A stretch of 64,000 bases of DNA from Candidatus Poriferihabitaceae bacterium (GCA_965209105.1 CBDBQB010000033.1:6805-70804); one strand, 5' to 3'. Positions 21,211 to 30,285 are shown, counted from the first letter of the stretch. Notes: generated from the sequence alone by a model not told the origin. Made by a program: numbers and translations.

Positions 21211-22878
21211 TTATAACGATACACGATTTAATAGCGTTAAAAGCAGGTTCTTTTGATCTGGGTCTGACATCGGATAGGTCAGCAACCAGTTGATTGCGGA
21301 AAAATCCGCCTTTAGCGCCTCAATTTCAGCGGCCTCCCATTGCGCACTTTCTATATCGCCTAACTGGACTTGCGCGGCTGCCATATAGACATGCGCCTCC
21401 AAAATGCTCGGATTTCGGCTCAAAGATTCTTTTAAATTGATGATGGCCTGTTCCGTGTCGCCAATAAAAAAGTAGGCTCTGCCTAACAACAAAAAATAAA
21501 GCGACCCCGCACTAGGGTTTAAACGCATCGCTTTTCTGATTAATTCAATGGTTTCCTTTGGTCTGCCGATATAGGTTTTAATGCCGCCCAATAGCGCGTG
21601 AGCATCTGCGTAATTTGGGTCTAAATTAAGCGCATGATCCAAGTGTTCAATCGCCAGATCATGTCGCCTATCCTGAGCTGAAACATAGGCCATAACCCAA
21701 TGCAAATGGGGGATGTCGGATTGAATACCCAATGCGGTTTCCGCCAATTCCTTGGCGCGCTTTAAGGAATTTGGAAGATTTTCAGACCATTGATTTCTAT
21801 AGTCCGCCGCATGACTTAGAGCCAAACCCGCATAGGCGCGGGCAAACATTGGGTCACGCTCAATCGCCTCTTGATAAAGCGCTCTGGCCAACAAATTTTG
21901 CTCTTTGCGGCGCGCGAGTAAATGATTCTGACCCTGCATAAAAAGCGAATACGCCTTGTCATCTCGGGTATATGCTTGCCTTTCGCGACGACTATCTTCA
22001 GCAATTAGACTTGTCTCCAGCCCTTCAGAAATTTGATCGCTCAGAAGTAAAACTGCATCATCCATAGTCAATTTTTGTTGATAATGCTCCGACCATAGCA
22101 ATCGGCCGGTGGCTGTGTCGATCAGTTCAATGTCTGCTATTAAACTGTTTGAATTTTGTTGCGCACTACCCGTCACAAGATAGTTTGCGCCTGATTGACT
22201 CGCCTGATTGACAGATTCAGCCTCTTTTAGCAACGCCTCAGGACGAATCACCCACAAATGCTCTAATTTAGATAATCTCAATGAAACCGCATTCGAGAGC
22301 CTGCTTGCAAACAATGATTGTTTTTCACCTTCGCGCACCGCAAGCAGTGGCATCACCATAACGCTAAGCCTCTCTGATGAATATTGCGAGCGTTGTGGCT
22401 CGGTCGTTTGGGTTGATTTTTGAGCCACGCGCTGTGCACTCATGAACCAGACCGTCACAGCCAACAGGATGAAAAATGCGCACAAGCTCGCAAGCCGACG
22501 CCAGCTTAGCCAGTTCGGATTCGAGTCCTGGGTAGCCCCTTCATTTCGGTTCTCGGCCAAGAAGCGGTAACCCCGTTTGGGAATGGTTTGAATATACTGA
22601 GGTTTGCGCGTGTCATCTCCAAGTGCCTTGCGCAATTTGATGACCAACTGGGTGAGTGAATCGTCACTGACAATAACATCAGGCCATAAATCAGACAGCA
22701 ATGCTTCTCGACTGAGCACTTGATTGCTGCGCGAGAGGAATAACTTCAATAGATCCGCTGTCTTAGGCTCTAAACGGATCGTCTGCTTAGAAGATTCAAG
22801 CTGATTAAGCGCTGGATTAAATTCCCATACACCGAAGAAAATAACATCTTGGCGATTTTGGTCTTGGTTCTCGGTCAT
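21211..22878 (-). CDS. CadC/ToxR-like membrane-bound transcriptional regulator (winged-helix DNA-binding domain, TM segment, TPR domain)
   Basis: N-terminal OmpR/PhoB-type wHTH (IQTIPKRGYRF), one TM segment (LCAFFILLAVTVWF), and C-terminal TPR-like repeats. Confidence 0.75.
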   Translation of the reverse strand: MTENQDQNRQDVIFFGVWEFNPALNQLESSKQTIRLEPKTADLLKLFLSRSNQVLSREALLSDLWPDVIVSDDSLTQLVIKLRKALGDDTRKPQYIQTIPKRGYRFLAENRNEGATQDSNPNWLSWRRLASLCAFFILLAVTVWFMSAQRVAQKSTQTTEPQRSQYSSERLSVMVMPLLAVREGEKQSLFASRLSNAVSLRLSKLEHLWVIRPEALLKEAESVNQASQSGANYLVTGSAQQNSNSLIADIELIDTATGRLLWSEHYQQKLTMDDAVLLLSDQISEGLETSLIAEDSRRERQAYTRDDKAYSLFMQGQNHLLARRKEQNLLARALYQEAIERDPMFARAYAGLALSHAADYRNQWSENLPNSLKRAKELAETALGIQSDIPHLHWVMAYVSAQDRRHDLAIEHLDHALNLDPNYADAHALLGGIKTYIGRPKETIELIRKAMRLNPSAGSLYFLLLGRAYFFIGDTEQAIINLKESLSRNPSILEAHVYMAAAQVQLGDIESAQWEAAEIEALKADFSAINWLLTYPMSDPDQKNLLLTLLNRVSL

Positions 22879-23053
22879 TGTTGTTCGCTACTCGACATAA
22901 ACAGATGCCACGTAAGCACTTGAAATAATGTGGATTCGTATGTTTTTAGGAAATTCTTAGTACTTTCTTTGGGTGTTTTAGTGAACATTTACCTAATCTA
23001 TTAGCGAACACGAACCAGCTACTTTTTTAAGACTCTAATTGAGGTAACGATAA

Positions 23054-23920
23054 ATGACAACTCAAGCAACCGAGTTTAACCCGCTCGCCTATAAAGCCAC
23101 GACCCGCCAGCAGTGGGAGAATGCAGCCCAAGCTTGGAATGATTGGGGCACGCTATTAAATAAATGGCTGGGCCCCGCGACCGACCAAATGCTTGCAATG
23201 GCCAATATCAAAGAAGGCAGCCATGTTTTGGACGTCGCAGCGGGCGCTGGCGAGCAAACCTTAAGCATCGCACAAAGGGTTGGTCCAAACGGCCGTGTGC
23301 TGGCAACGGATATATCGCCAAGTATCTTAGCCTACGCCGCCAAAAATGCCAAAACAGCAGGCTTTAAGAATGTGATTGCACGCGAGCTAGATGGCGAGGC
23401 TTTAGCTGATTTAGATGCAAATTCATTTGACGCAGTCGTCTCAAGAGTCGGATTGATCTATTTCCCTGATCAGCAAAAAGCATTGGGGGGAATGAAACAC
23501 GCCTTAAAACCCGGCGGTAAAGTGGCAGCGATGGTTTATTCGACGCCTGAAAAAAATGCGTTCTTCTCCGTTCCCGTTTCAATCATCAGACGACGCGCCA
23601 AGCTTCCGCCGCCCCTAGCAGGGCAACCCGGGCCCTTTAGTTTAGGAGGCGACGGGGTTTTAGAAAATACCTTTGCACAAGCCGGATTTAAAGATATCGA
23701 GGTCGCACGCGTTAATACACCCGTACAACTTAAATCCGCGTACGAATGTCTACGTTTTGAACAAGAGTCTTTTGGCGCATTACATCAAATGCTTGGCGGT
23801 TTACCTAAAGACGAGCAAGATGAAGCTTGGGCTGAAATACACGAAGCACTCGGTGAGTTCGAAGCCAATGGTCGATTTGAAGGCCCTTGCGAAATGCTGA
23901 TTGCGGTAGGCACAAAGTAA
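23054..23920 (+). CDS. class I SAM-dependent methyltransferase
   Basis: VLDVAAGAGEQT glycine-rich SAM motif and LKPGGKV motif. Confidence 0.75.
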   Translation: MTTQATEFNPLAYKATTRQQWENAAQAWNDWGTLLNKWLGPATDQMLAMANIKEGSHVLDVAAGAGEQTLSIAQRVGPNGRVLATDISPSILAYAAKNAKTAGFKNVIARELDGEALADLDANSFDAVVSRVGLIYFPDQQKALGGMKHALKPGGKVAAMVYSTPEKNAFFSVPVSIIRRRAKLPPPLAGQPGPFSLGGDGVLENTFAQAGFKDIEVARVNTPVQLKSAYECLRFEQESFGALHQMLGGLPKDEQDEAWAEIHEALGEFEANGRFEGPCEMLIAVGTK

Positions 23921-23936
23921 TGAAAACCATTGAGGT

Positions 23937-24881
23937 ATGTTGATGAATAAAATAGCGATAGTGCAATCTGCACCTGTTTTCTTAGATAAGAAAAAAAGTA
24001 TCGCCTTAGCGGTCGATAAAATTGCAGTCGCCGCAGCGCAGGGCGCTGAATTGGTGCTGTTTTCAGAAGCATTTATTCCGGGTTACCCTGCCTGGATATG
24101 GCGCTTGAAACCGGGAGGCGATTGGAACCTCAATGAAACGCTGCATGCTCAATTATTAAGTCATTCAGTCAGCCTAAACTCAAATGACCTTGACCCGCTG
24201 TATGCGGCGGCGAAAAAACATCAAGTCACCGTTTTATGTGGCATCAACGAGCGGGATGATCAGTTATCACAATCAACCCTTTACAATTCATTTGTCATTA
24301 TCGGCGCAGACGGCAACCTATTAAATAAACACCGCAAAATCATGCCAACCAATCCAGAACGCATGGTGTGGGGCTTTGGTGATGCCAGTGGTTTGAAAGT
24401 GGTAGAGACCCCAGTGGGTCGTATCGGCGGTTTAATGTGTTGGGAAAATTACATGCCATTAGCGCGCTATGCGCTGTATGCCCAAGGTATCGAACTATAT
24501 ATAGCGCCCACCTACGATAGTGGAGAAGGCTGGCTGGGCAGCTTACAGCATATTGCCCGCGAAGGTCGTTGCTGGGTTCTGGGTTGCGGCAATTTATTGC
24601 AAGCAAGCGATATCCCCGATGATTTCCCCGAAAAAGACCGGCTTTACCCCGACCCTGATGAGTGGGTGAACCCCGGCGATTCAGTGGTGATTGCGCCGGG
24701 TGGAGAAATCGTCGCAGGCCCCATGCGAGAGCAATCGGGCATTTTATATTTTGATGTCGATAGAGCAAAAGTCGCCGCCTCGCGCCGCACATTGGACGTT
24801 TGTGGGCACTATTCTCGCCCCGACATTTTTCAATTAAACATCAATACCCAACAACAATCGCCTGTGACATTCGATGAATAA
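23937..24881 (+). CDS. nitrilase family carbon-nitrogen hydrolase
   Basis: Nitrilase-superfamily catalytic context: FSEAFIPGYP (Glu), HRKIMPT (Lys), GGLMCWENYMP (Cys). Confidence 0.85.
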   Translation: MLMNKIAIVQSAPVFLDKKKSIALAVDKIAVAAAQGAELVLFSEAFIPGYPAWIWRLKPGGDWNLNETLHAQLLSHSVSLNSNDLDPLYAAAKKHQVTVLCGINERDDQLSQSTLYNSFVIIGADGNLLNKHRKIMPTNPERMVWGFGDASGLKVVETPVGRIGGLMCWENYMPLARYALYAQGIELYIAPTYDSGEGWLGSLQHIAREGRCWVLGCGNLLQASDIPDDFPEKDRLYPDPDEWVNPGDSVVIAPGGEIVAGPMREQSGILYFDVDRAKVAASRRTLDVCGHYSRPDIFQLNINTQQQSPVTFDE

Positions 24882-24949
24882 GTGTTTTGACCCAAGCATT
24901 AAGAAAACTTAAGCCTTAGTTGTATTAACCCGATATAGGAGAATAATCT

Positions 24950-25402
24950 ATGAACACTAAAACACATCAAGCGAGTTGTTTCTGTGGAGACGTACAATTC
25001 ACAGTCAGCGGAGACCCCGAAGGCATGGGCTATTGCCACTGCGAGTCTTGTCGTCAATGGTCAGCTGGCCCCGTGAACGCGTTTACACTCTGGAACCCTG
25101 AAGCGATAGAAATCACCCTAGGGGCCGATAACATCGGCAGTTATGGAAAAGTACCCAACACCCCAGAAAAAGAAATCACCAGCCATCGGAAATGGTGCAA
25201 AACCTGCGGTGGACACGTTTTTACTGAACATCCAACCATGGGGCTAATAGACGTCTACGCGGCGGCAATGCCGAGCTTCCCATTTGAAGCAGGGGTACAT
25301 GTTCATTACCAAGAGACGGTATTACCTATGAAAGATGGCCTTCCAAAAATGCAAGATTTGCCGGCTGAAGCAGGTGGCTCAGGAATCAGCCTAGCCGAAT
25401 GA
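24950..25402 (+). CDS. GFA (glutathione-dependent formaldehyde-activating / CENP-V-like) family protein
   Basis: Cys-rich zinc motifs CFCGDV, CHCESC and CKTCG. Confidence 0.75.
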   Translation: MNTKTHQASCFCGDVQFTVSGDPEGMGYCHCESCRQWSAGPVNAFTLWNPEAIEITLGADNIGSYGKVPNTPEKEITSHRKWCKTCGGHVFTEHPTMGLIDVYAAAMPSFPFEAGVHVHYQETVLPMKDGLPKMQDLPAEAGGSGISLAE

Positions 25403-26472
25403 GAAACAAACTAAGCCGCCGGCGATTCAACCAATGGCTGGCGGCGAGCCTCGCGGGAGGGGTTTCGTCTATCGAAGCCAATATACAGCCCAGTCCATCT
25501 ATCCAGTTGCCCATTGCGGCAATTCAAATGGTACCCGAACTAGGCAATGTGCAATCCAATCTAAAACAAGCCGAACACTTAATTCAGCAAGCGCTTAAAC
25601 AAGGTGCACGCTGGATTGTTTTGCCTGAAATGTTTACCTCTGCAGTGGCGTTTCACAACGACATGATGGGCGCAATTGAACCGCTTGAGGGCAAAACATT
25701 ACAACGATTGAAAACGCTCGCAAAGCAAGGCAATGCCCATATTGGGGGTTCTTTTCTCGCCCAGCATCGATCAGGCGTATTCAACACCTTTGTGCTGGTT
25801 TCACCTGATGGCAGTGTCCAAATACACAACAAAGACCAACCAACGTATTGGGAAAACTGCTATTACCAAGGCGGGAATGATGACGGCGTATTGCAAACGT
25901 CAATTGGACCGATAGGTGCTGTACTCTGCTGGGAGTTTATTCGCTCAAAAACCGCTCGGCGTTTACTCAATAGAGTGAATCTGGTGTTGGGCGGCTCTTG
26001 TTGGTGGACCTTGCCTGATGATGCCAGTCCAGACAGCCCTCGATGGGCGGACAATCTCAAAATGTTACAACAAGCACCCGTAAAAATGGCACAAATGCTC
26101 GGCGTACCCGTTGTGCACGGATCACACGCGGGAGAATTTGAAGGCTTTTTCAGCCCCGAACTCGCAGATGTTGCCTATCACTCCTCTTTTCTGGGCGAAA
26201 CCATGATTGTTGATTCAGAAGGTCACGTGCTCAATCGCTTATCCAAAAGCGAGGGTGAAGGTGTTGTTTTTTCAGAGCTAGAAATATCTAAGCCGATACC
26301 GCCAAGTGAAACCATACCAGATTCCTTTTGGATGCCCAATGAAATGCCTGAAGATTGGAAAAATTCATGGGAGCGTTGGTTTGATCAAGGTGCGGATTAT
26401 TATAATTTGGTCACCGAGCCTTATCTTGAGACGGGGTTGATCAACGACTACGAGCCGCCTTACTTGCGGTAG
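25399..26472 (+). CDS. carbon-nitrogen hydrolase family protein with twin-arginine (Tat) signal
   Basis: N-terminus MRNKLSRRRFNQWLAASLAGG fits the S-R-R-x-F Tat motif. CN-hydrolase core has LPEMF (Glu) and LCWEF (Cys). 4-nt overlap with the GFA gene. Confidence 0.7.
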   Translation: MRNKLSRRRFNQWLAASLAGGVSSIEANIQPSPSIQLPIAAIQMVPELGNVQSNLKQAEHLIQQALKQGARWIVLPEMFTSAVAFHNDMMGAIEPLEGKTLQRLKTLAKQGNAHIGGSFLAQHRSGVFNTFVLVSPDGSVQIHNKDQPTYWENCYYQGGNDDGVLQTSIGPIGAVLCWEFIRSKTARRLLNRVNLVLGGSCWWTLPDDASPDSPRWADNLKMLQQAPVKMAQMLGVPVVHGSHAGEFEGFFSPELADVAYHSSFLGETMIVDSEGHVLNRLSKSEGEGVVFSELEISKPIPPSETIPDSFWMPNEMPEDWKNSWERWFDQGADYYNLVTEPYLETGLINDYEPPYLR

Positions 26473-26540
26473 AGGGTTAAGCAAAGGAACTGTTCCTTCT
26501 AATTCAATTTATTCATTATCTGGAGTCTTTCCCCGTTTAT

Positions 26541-27082
26541 TTAGGTGTTGCTTCTCCAGTTTTTTGGTTCTTTCCCGCCTGACATATGCTTTCCTGTAGA
26601 TGTAAAAAAGTCCTGATCTTTTCGTTCAGGCATTCTACGAATAACTGTCCAGTATTCCTCCCGTATATCCTCATCGACATATACCTTAGTTTTATACAAA
26701 CCATCATTCCCGTCTTTGCGGCATTTAGAAATCCAATAGTGCTCTTCAGTTTCAATATCAAAGTAATTAGCCTTAGACCCTGATCCTTTTAACGACTAAA
26801 AATCTTTACCATCGTGCTTCAATGTTTTTCCACTTTTAGAAAAAGATACTTTACGAGAGTTTTGCATAAATCAGTGGCGAAAGAAAAATGAGGTAAAATT
26901 TCTCTGTTTAAGGCGGGAAATGCAGCTAATAGCGGGCTATTGGCCAGTTTCCCAACGAAAAACAGGGGAATTTTAACCATTTTTACTCGTTATCTGATTA
27001 ATGCAAAGCTCTCTTTACCTATACACGCTTCTAGCGCCGCAACTCCTGCTTTCTCCTCGATGTACATGATTTCGTATTTCAT
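26541..27082 (-). pseudogene. small conserved hypothetical gene, disrupted by a MITE and an in-frame TAG
   Basis: Removing the MITE and one TSD copy restores MKYEIMYIEEKAGVAALEACIGKVSFSKSGKTLKHDGKDF*SLKGSGSKANYFDIETEEHYWISKCRKDGNDGLYKTKVYVDEDIREEYWTVIRRM.... The amber codon is at about 26801-26803. Confidence 0.6.
26855..27013 (+). mobile_element. 159-bp MITE, copy 1
   Basis: Terminal inverted repeats GAGAGTTTTGCATAAATCAG and CTGATTAATGCAAAGCTCTC. Flanked by a direct TTTAC duplication. Near-identical copy at 49051-49209. Confidence 0.8.
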
Positions 27083-27092
27083 TTCACACGAC

Positions 27093-27161
27093 ACCTAACG
27101 TTTGAGCTGTGGGGCTTGAGGTGCGAAGCAACGAAAGTCCCACACTAGTGATTTGTTAGGC
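27093..27161. other. attC-like imperfect palindrome (candidate integron-cassette recombination site)
   Basis: Ends ACCTAAC and GTTAGGC fit RYYYAAC and GTTRRRY on either strand. Inner boxes ACTAGTG/AGCTGTG pair with one extrahelical base on each side. Sits immediately upstream of the small pseudogene. Confidence 0.4.
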
Positions 27162-27307
27162 ATTGATCATTACCTAGGGAGGCCATATTTATTTTCACTA
27201 GATAAGCCCTTCATTAAAAAGCATAAAGTAATTGGTAGTACGGGCACAATAAGCCACCATCCATTTCTTCCAATGTCATGAAGGCGTCGGATATGAACTA
27301 TCAATAC

Positions 27308-28510
27308 GAGACCGCAGCATAACTCACGATTTCAGTCTGACATTTCCGAAGGGGTCATTTTTTGAATCATATTTGTCGATTTTCGCGTATTTGATCATGA
27401 TTTAGCGACTTTTTATTGATTCGCGCCCCTAAACCCATATTAAAGGCGCAACTATCTTGCATAGTGCCAATCTGGCAAGCCATACAAACTTAAGAATTTA
27501 GCGCCTTTACGGATATTCGCCGCTATCGCCGCTAGGCCGTAAACAGTCGTGTTTTTAGCTAAGCCCATAAACCGAGTCCGAGCTAAACCATAGTGCTGCT
27601 TGTAAGTGGCAAAGGGCCGTTCGCCTCCTGCTCGTGTTACTGCAATAACTGCATTGCGGCTACGGTCTGCATCTGACAACGGATTATCTCGATATCCCTT
27701 GCGTTGAACTTGGTCATCAATTCCAAGTTGCTCCAGTTTATCTCGCGTCTCATGCGAGCTATACGCCGCATCAGCATATAGGGCAGTCTCATCGCCCAAC
27801 AGTAATTCATCGCGCTGCTGACTGTCATGAACATGCCCTGGCGTCACACTCTGGCGCTGAACAAACCCATCCTCATCAACTCCCGTATGCACTGAGTAGC
27901 CATAGGTGGATTTCTTTCGACCTCGGCTGTCATTCTTAACGTGCCAGCTGGCATCAGGATCTCGCTTAGGCGTGCCATCTTTGCCGTTACCATTTCCAGA
28001 ACGAGCCGCTTCTATAGGAGTTGCATCTATAATATTGATACGCCCCTTGCTCATAATAATGTTCTTTGATTCAAGTTGGCGATTGACCTCACCTAGCAAA
28101 CGATCCCATAGCTCGTGCTCTACTAGCTTGCTTCGAAAGCGCCCAAGGGTTGAAGCTTCGGGCACATCACCGCCTAACTCAAAGCGGCAAAACTTACGAA
28201 ACAATAAATCCCTAAATAAGCACTGCGCTAACTCCCTATCCGACAGCTCATACCAAATGCCCAGCATCAAGCTGCGGAACAAACTAAGTAATGGATAGCT
28301 TGGGCGGCCCGTAGTACCAGCGTAAATAGATGACAGCAGCATCTCTATTTCGCTCCAATCTAATAGTGCTTCTGTATCATCAAGGCTATGCAGAATTGGA
28401 TGATCCAAGTCTGATCTTGATACTAATAAATCTCGTTGCGTGGTGAATGGTTTTTGCATGCCTGATTTTAACAAATTATCCGATCGCTCGATGAGTTATG
28501 CTGCACTCTC
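27308..28510 (-). mobile_element. IS5-family insertion sequence, complete copy (about 1.2 kb)
   Basis: Imperfect 18-bp terminal IRs (GAGACCGCAGCATAACTC and GAGTTATGCTGCACTCTC). 5-bp direct duplication AATAC at 27303-27307 and 28511-28515. Single transposase ORF. Confidence 0.9.
27452..28474 (-). CDS. IS5-family DDE transposase
   Basis: InsH-like N-terminal domain plus DDE_Tnp_1-type core (IIDATPIEA, LYADAAYSS, GERPFATYK), 340 aa. Confidence 0.9.
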   Translation of the reverse strand: MLKSGMQKPFTTQRDLLVSRSDLDHPILHSLDDTEALLDWSEIEMLLSSIYAGTTGRPSYPLLSLFRSLMLGIWYELSDRELAQCLFRDLLFRKFCRFELGGDVPEASTLGRFRSKLVEHELWDRLLGEVNRQLESKNIIMSKGRINIIDATPIEAARSGNGNGKDGTPKRDPDASWHVKNDSRGRKKSTYGYSVHTGVDEDGFVQRQSVTPGHVHDSQQRDELLLGDETALYADAAYSSHETRDKLEQLGIDDQVQRKGYRDNPLSDADRSRNAVIAVTRAGGERPFATYKQHYGLARTRFMGLAKNTTVYGLAAIAANIRKGAKFLSLYGLPDWHYAR

Positions 28511-28521
28511 AATACAATGTT

Positions 28522-28561
28522 TAATGCAATTAGAGCTGGAATAATGCAATTAGAGCTGGAA
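28522..28561. repeat. exact 20-bp tandem duplication (TAATGCAATTAGAGCTGGAA x2)
   Basis: Read directly; begins 11 bp beyond the IS copy-1 end. Confidence 0.9.
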
Positions 28562-28787
28562 CAAAAACTAGAATTGTATTTGGTAGAAATATGTTTATCA
28601 CTTTTTCATACCAAAATATAAACAATATGTATCCAAGAAAGACTAGCCAAAACTCTCACCTTGTAGCTCTGCCATCTGGATTGAAGAAGAATTCGAATAT
28701 TTCCTTCATCTTTTGTTCCTAACAATCATTATACACCTTGCTTAAAGCGTACAATAATAAGTTAAAACGTAACAGGGGGCGACCTAG

Positions 28788-29108
28788 CTAACCAGCACGA
28801 TGCTTTTTTGCGTCCGTATTGAACGCCTTGTTAGCCATAATGTCGTGTAGGCCACCTGAAACATATTTATGAAGCACGCTGGACACTAATGTCTGATAAG
28901 GAATACCTTCCTCAAGCGCGCGTCTTTGTAGTGACGCTAAATCACGACTTGATATCCTAATGTTAATTCGTTTGTCTTTTTTAAAAGTTTCTTCAGCGGC
29001 AGCTTGCAACATTTTCTTACGTTTTGGCGTAAGAACTGATTTGAATTCGCCGGCCTCAAAATCCTTAAGGATTTGATTCTCTTCTTTGCTAAGTTTAGGG
29101 TCGCTCAT
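28788..29108 (-). CDS. type II antitoxin, BrnA/CopG-like
   Basis: KDKRINIRISSRDLASLQRRALEEGIPYQTLVSSVLHKY ribbon-helix-helix-type C-terminal region. 4-nt overlap with the upstream small toxin gene. Confidence 0.65.
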   Translation of the reverse strand: MSDPKLSKEENQILKDFEAGEFKSVLTPKRKKMLQAAAEETFKKDKRINIRISSRDLASLQRRALEEGIPYQTLVSSVLHKYVSGGLHDIMANKAFNTDAKKHRAG

Positions 29109-29383
29109 GATGATTCTCCTAAGTATATCTTAGTTGCCTTTCTGCTTGGAATGACAGTCTTTAAAAATATTTCTTTTCTGTTTTCTAGATATGGAACAAG
29201 ATGGGCATAATTATTTATGTTGATAACAAATACCCGTTGGTTTGGGTATTTGTCACTATTTGGATGCTCAATATCATCAAGTAATGCATCTTGTTGTAGG
29301 TAAAAAACAATATCCTCAAATGAAATGCCACGCTCTGAAATGAGCTGTTGATTTTTGGTGGCATTCCAATTTATTGGTTTCAT
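29105..29383 (-). CDS. type II toxin, BrnT-like (DUF497-type)
   Basis: 92-aa protein (W..K...L...RGISFEDI ... FLKTVIPSRKATK) directly upstream of and overlapping the antitoxin gene. Confidence 0.55.
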   Translation of the reverse strand: MKPINWNATKNQQLISERGISFEDIVFYLQQDALLDDIEHPNSDKYPNQRVFVININNYAHLVPYLENRKEIFLKTVIPSRKATKIYLGESS

Positions 29384-29451
29384 ACTTTAGAGCATAGCAT
29401 ATATGTGTGCCTATTGGCATCATCCAATAATTGCGTCGAATTGCTAAACTA

Positions 29452-30285
29452 TTACCCCTTCCGATGTCCCTGAATCAATTCATACGCCGCGTGGATTTCT
29501 TTTGATCGTTCTGTGGCCTTGGCGATCATGTCCTCTGGCACGCCCTGCCCGATTAGCTTGTCGGGGTGGTATTGGCTGATGAGCTTTCGATAAGCGCGCT
29601 TAATTTCTTTGTCACTGTTCTGCGCATTCACCCCCAAAGCTTGGTGGGCTTCTGCCAGGGTATTGGTCGCGCGGGTAGGTCTTGCGCCGCGGGCTTGTTC
29701 GTATTGCCCACCGGCTTGATCGCGAAAACGGTTTTGCCCTTGGATCATCAGCAGTAGCTGATCAAAGGCGCGCTCGTTATAGCCAAACTGCATCGATATT
29801 TTTAACATCAACTCGCGTTCGGCGGAATGCAGCTCACCGTCCGCTAAGGCAACACCGACTAAATAGACCAACAGCAAATGCCTCATTTGCAAGGAGCCGC
29901 CGCAGACCTTAACGAAATGCGCTAGGGTCGCTTCATATTCAAATTCAGGTTTTGCACCCGCTTTAAAATGGGCAACCGCCTCGCTCCGATGTTCACCCGT
30001 CATGCCCATCTGCGATATAAATTTCTCGATATGATCGATTTCCGATTGTGAGACTTGTGAATCCGCCTTGGCCAATTTCCCCATCAGTAGGAATAGCGTT
30101 TTAAGGAAAACTGCTTGGCGTTGTTTTTGAATCTCCGCGCGCCCGCCCGGCAAAATAGCTTTGGGGCCATCTCGCAATAAAGTAGTGACTAGGCCTCCTC
30201 CAATCCAGCCCAATATTGCGCCGAAAAAACCAAAGAATGAAAGGCCTAGAATCGCCGCAATCGGCCTAATGAATAAAGTAATCAT
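29452..30285 (-). CDS. djlA: co-chaperone DjlA
   Basis: N-terminal TM segment, TerB-like middle domain and C-terminal J domain (AYRKLISQYHPDK). Confidence 0.88.
   Translation of the reverse strand: MITLFIRPIAAILGLSFFGFFGAILGWIGGGLVTTLLRDGPKAILPGGRAEIQKQRQAVFLKTLFLLMGKLAKADSQVSQSEIDHIEKFISQMGMTGEHRSEAVAHFKAGAKPEFEYEATLAHFVKVCGGSLQMRHLLLVYLVGVALADGELHSAERELMLKISMQFGYNERAFDQLLLMIQGQNRFRDQAGGQYEQARGARPTRATNTLAEAHQALGVNAQNSDKEIKRAYRKLISQYHPDKLIGQGVPEDMIAKATERSKEIHAAYELIQGHRKG

Noticed and set aside
26474-26505. The palindrome AAGGAACTGTTCCTT after the CN-hydrolase gene, considered as a terminator.
   Set aside because: The arms are separated by a single base, so no viable hairpin loop forms, and there is no T-tract. 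It may be a protein-binding palindrome, but that cannot be supported.
28790-28860. A second attC-like site at the 3' end of the antitoxin gene (GGCTAAC … GTTAGCT).
   Set aside because: Only the 6-bp ends are complementary. Both deviate from the RYYYAAC/GTTRRRY rule, and the inner boxes do not pair.
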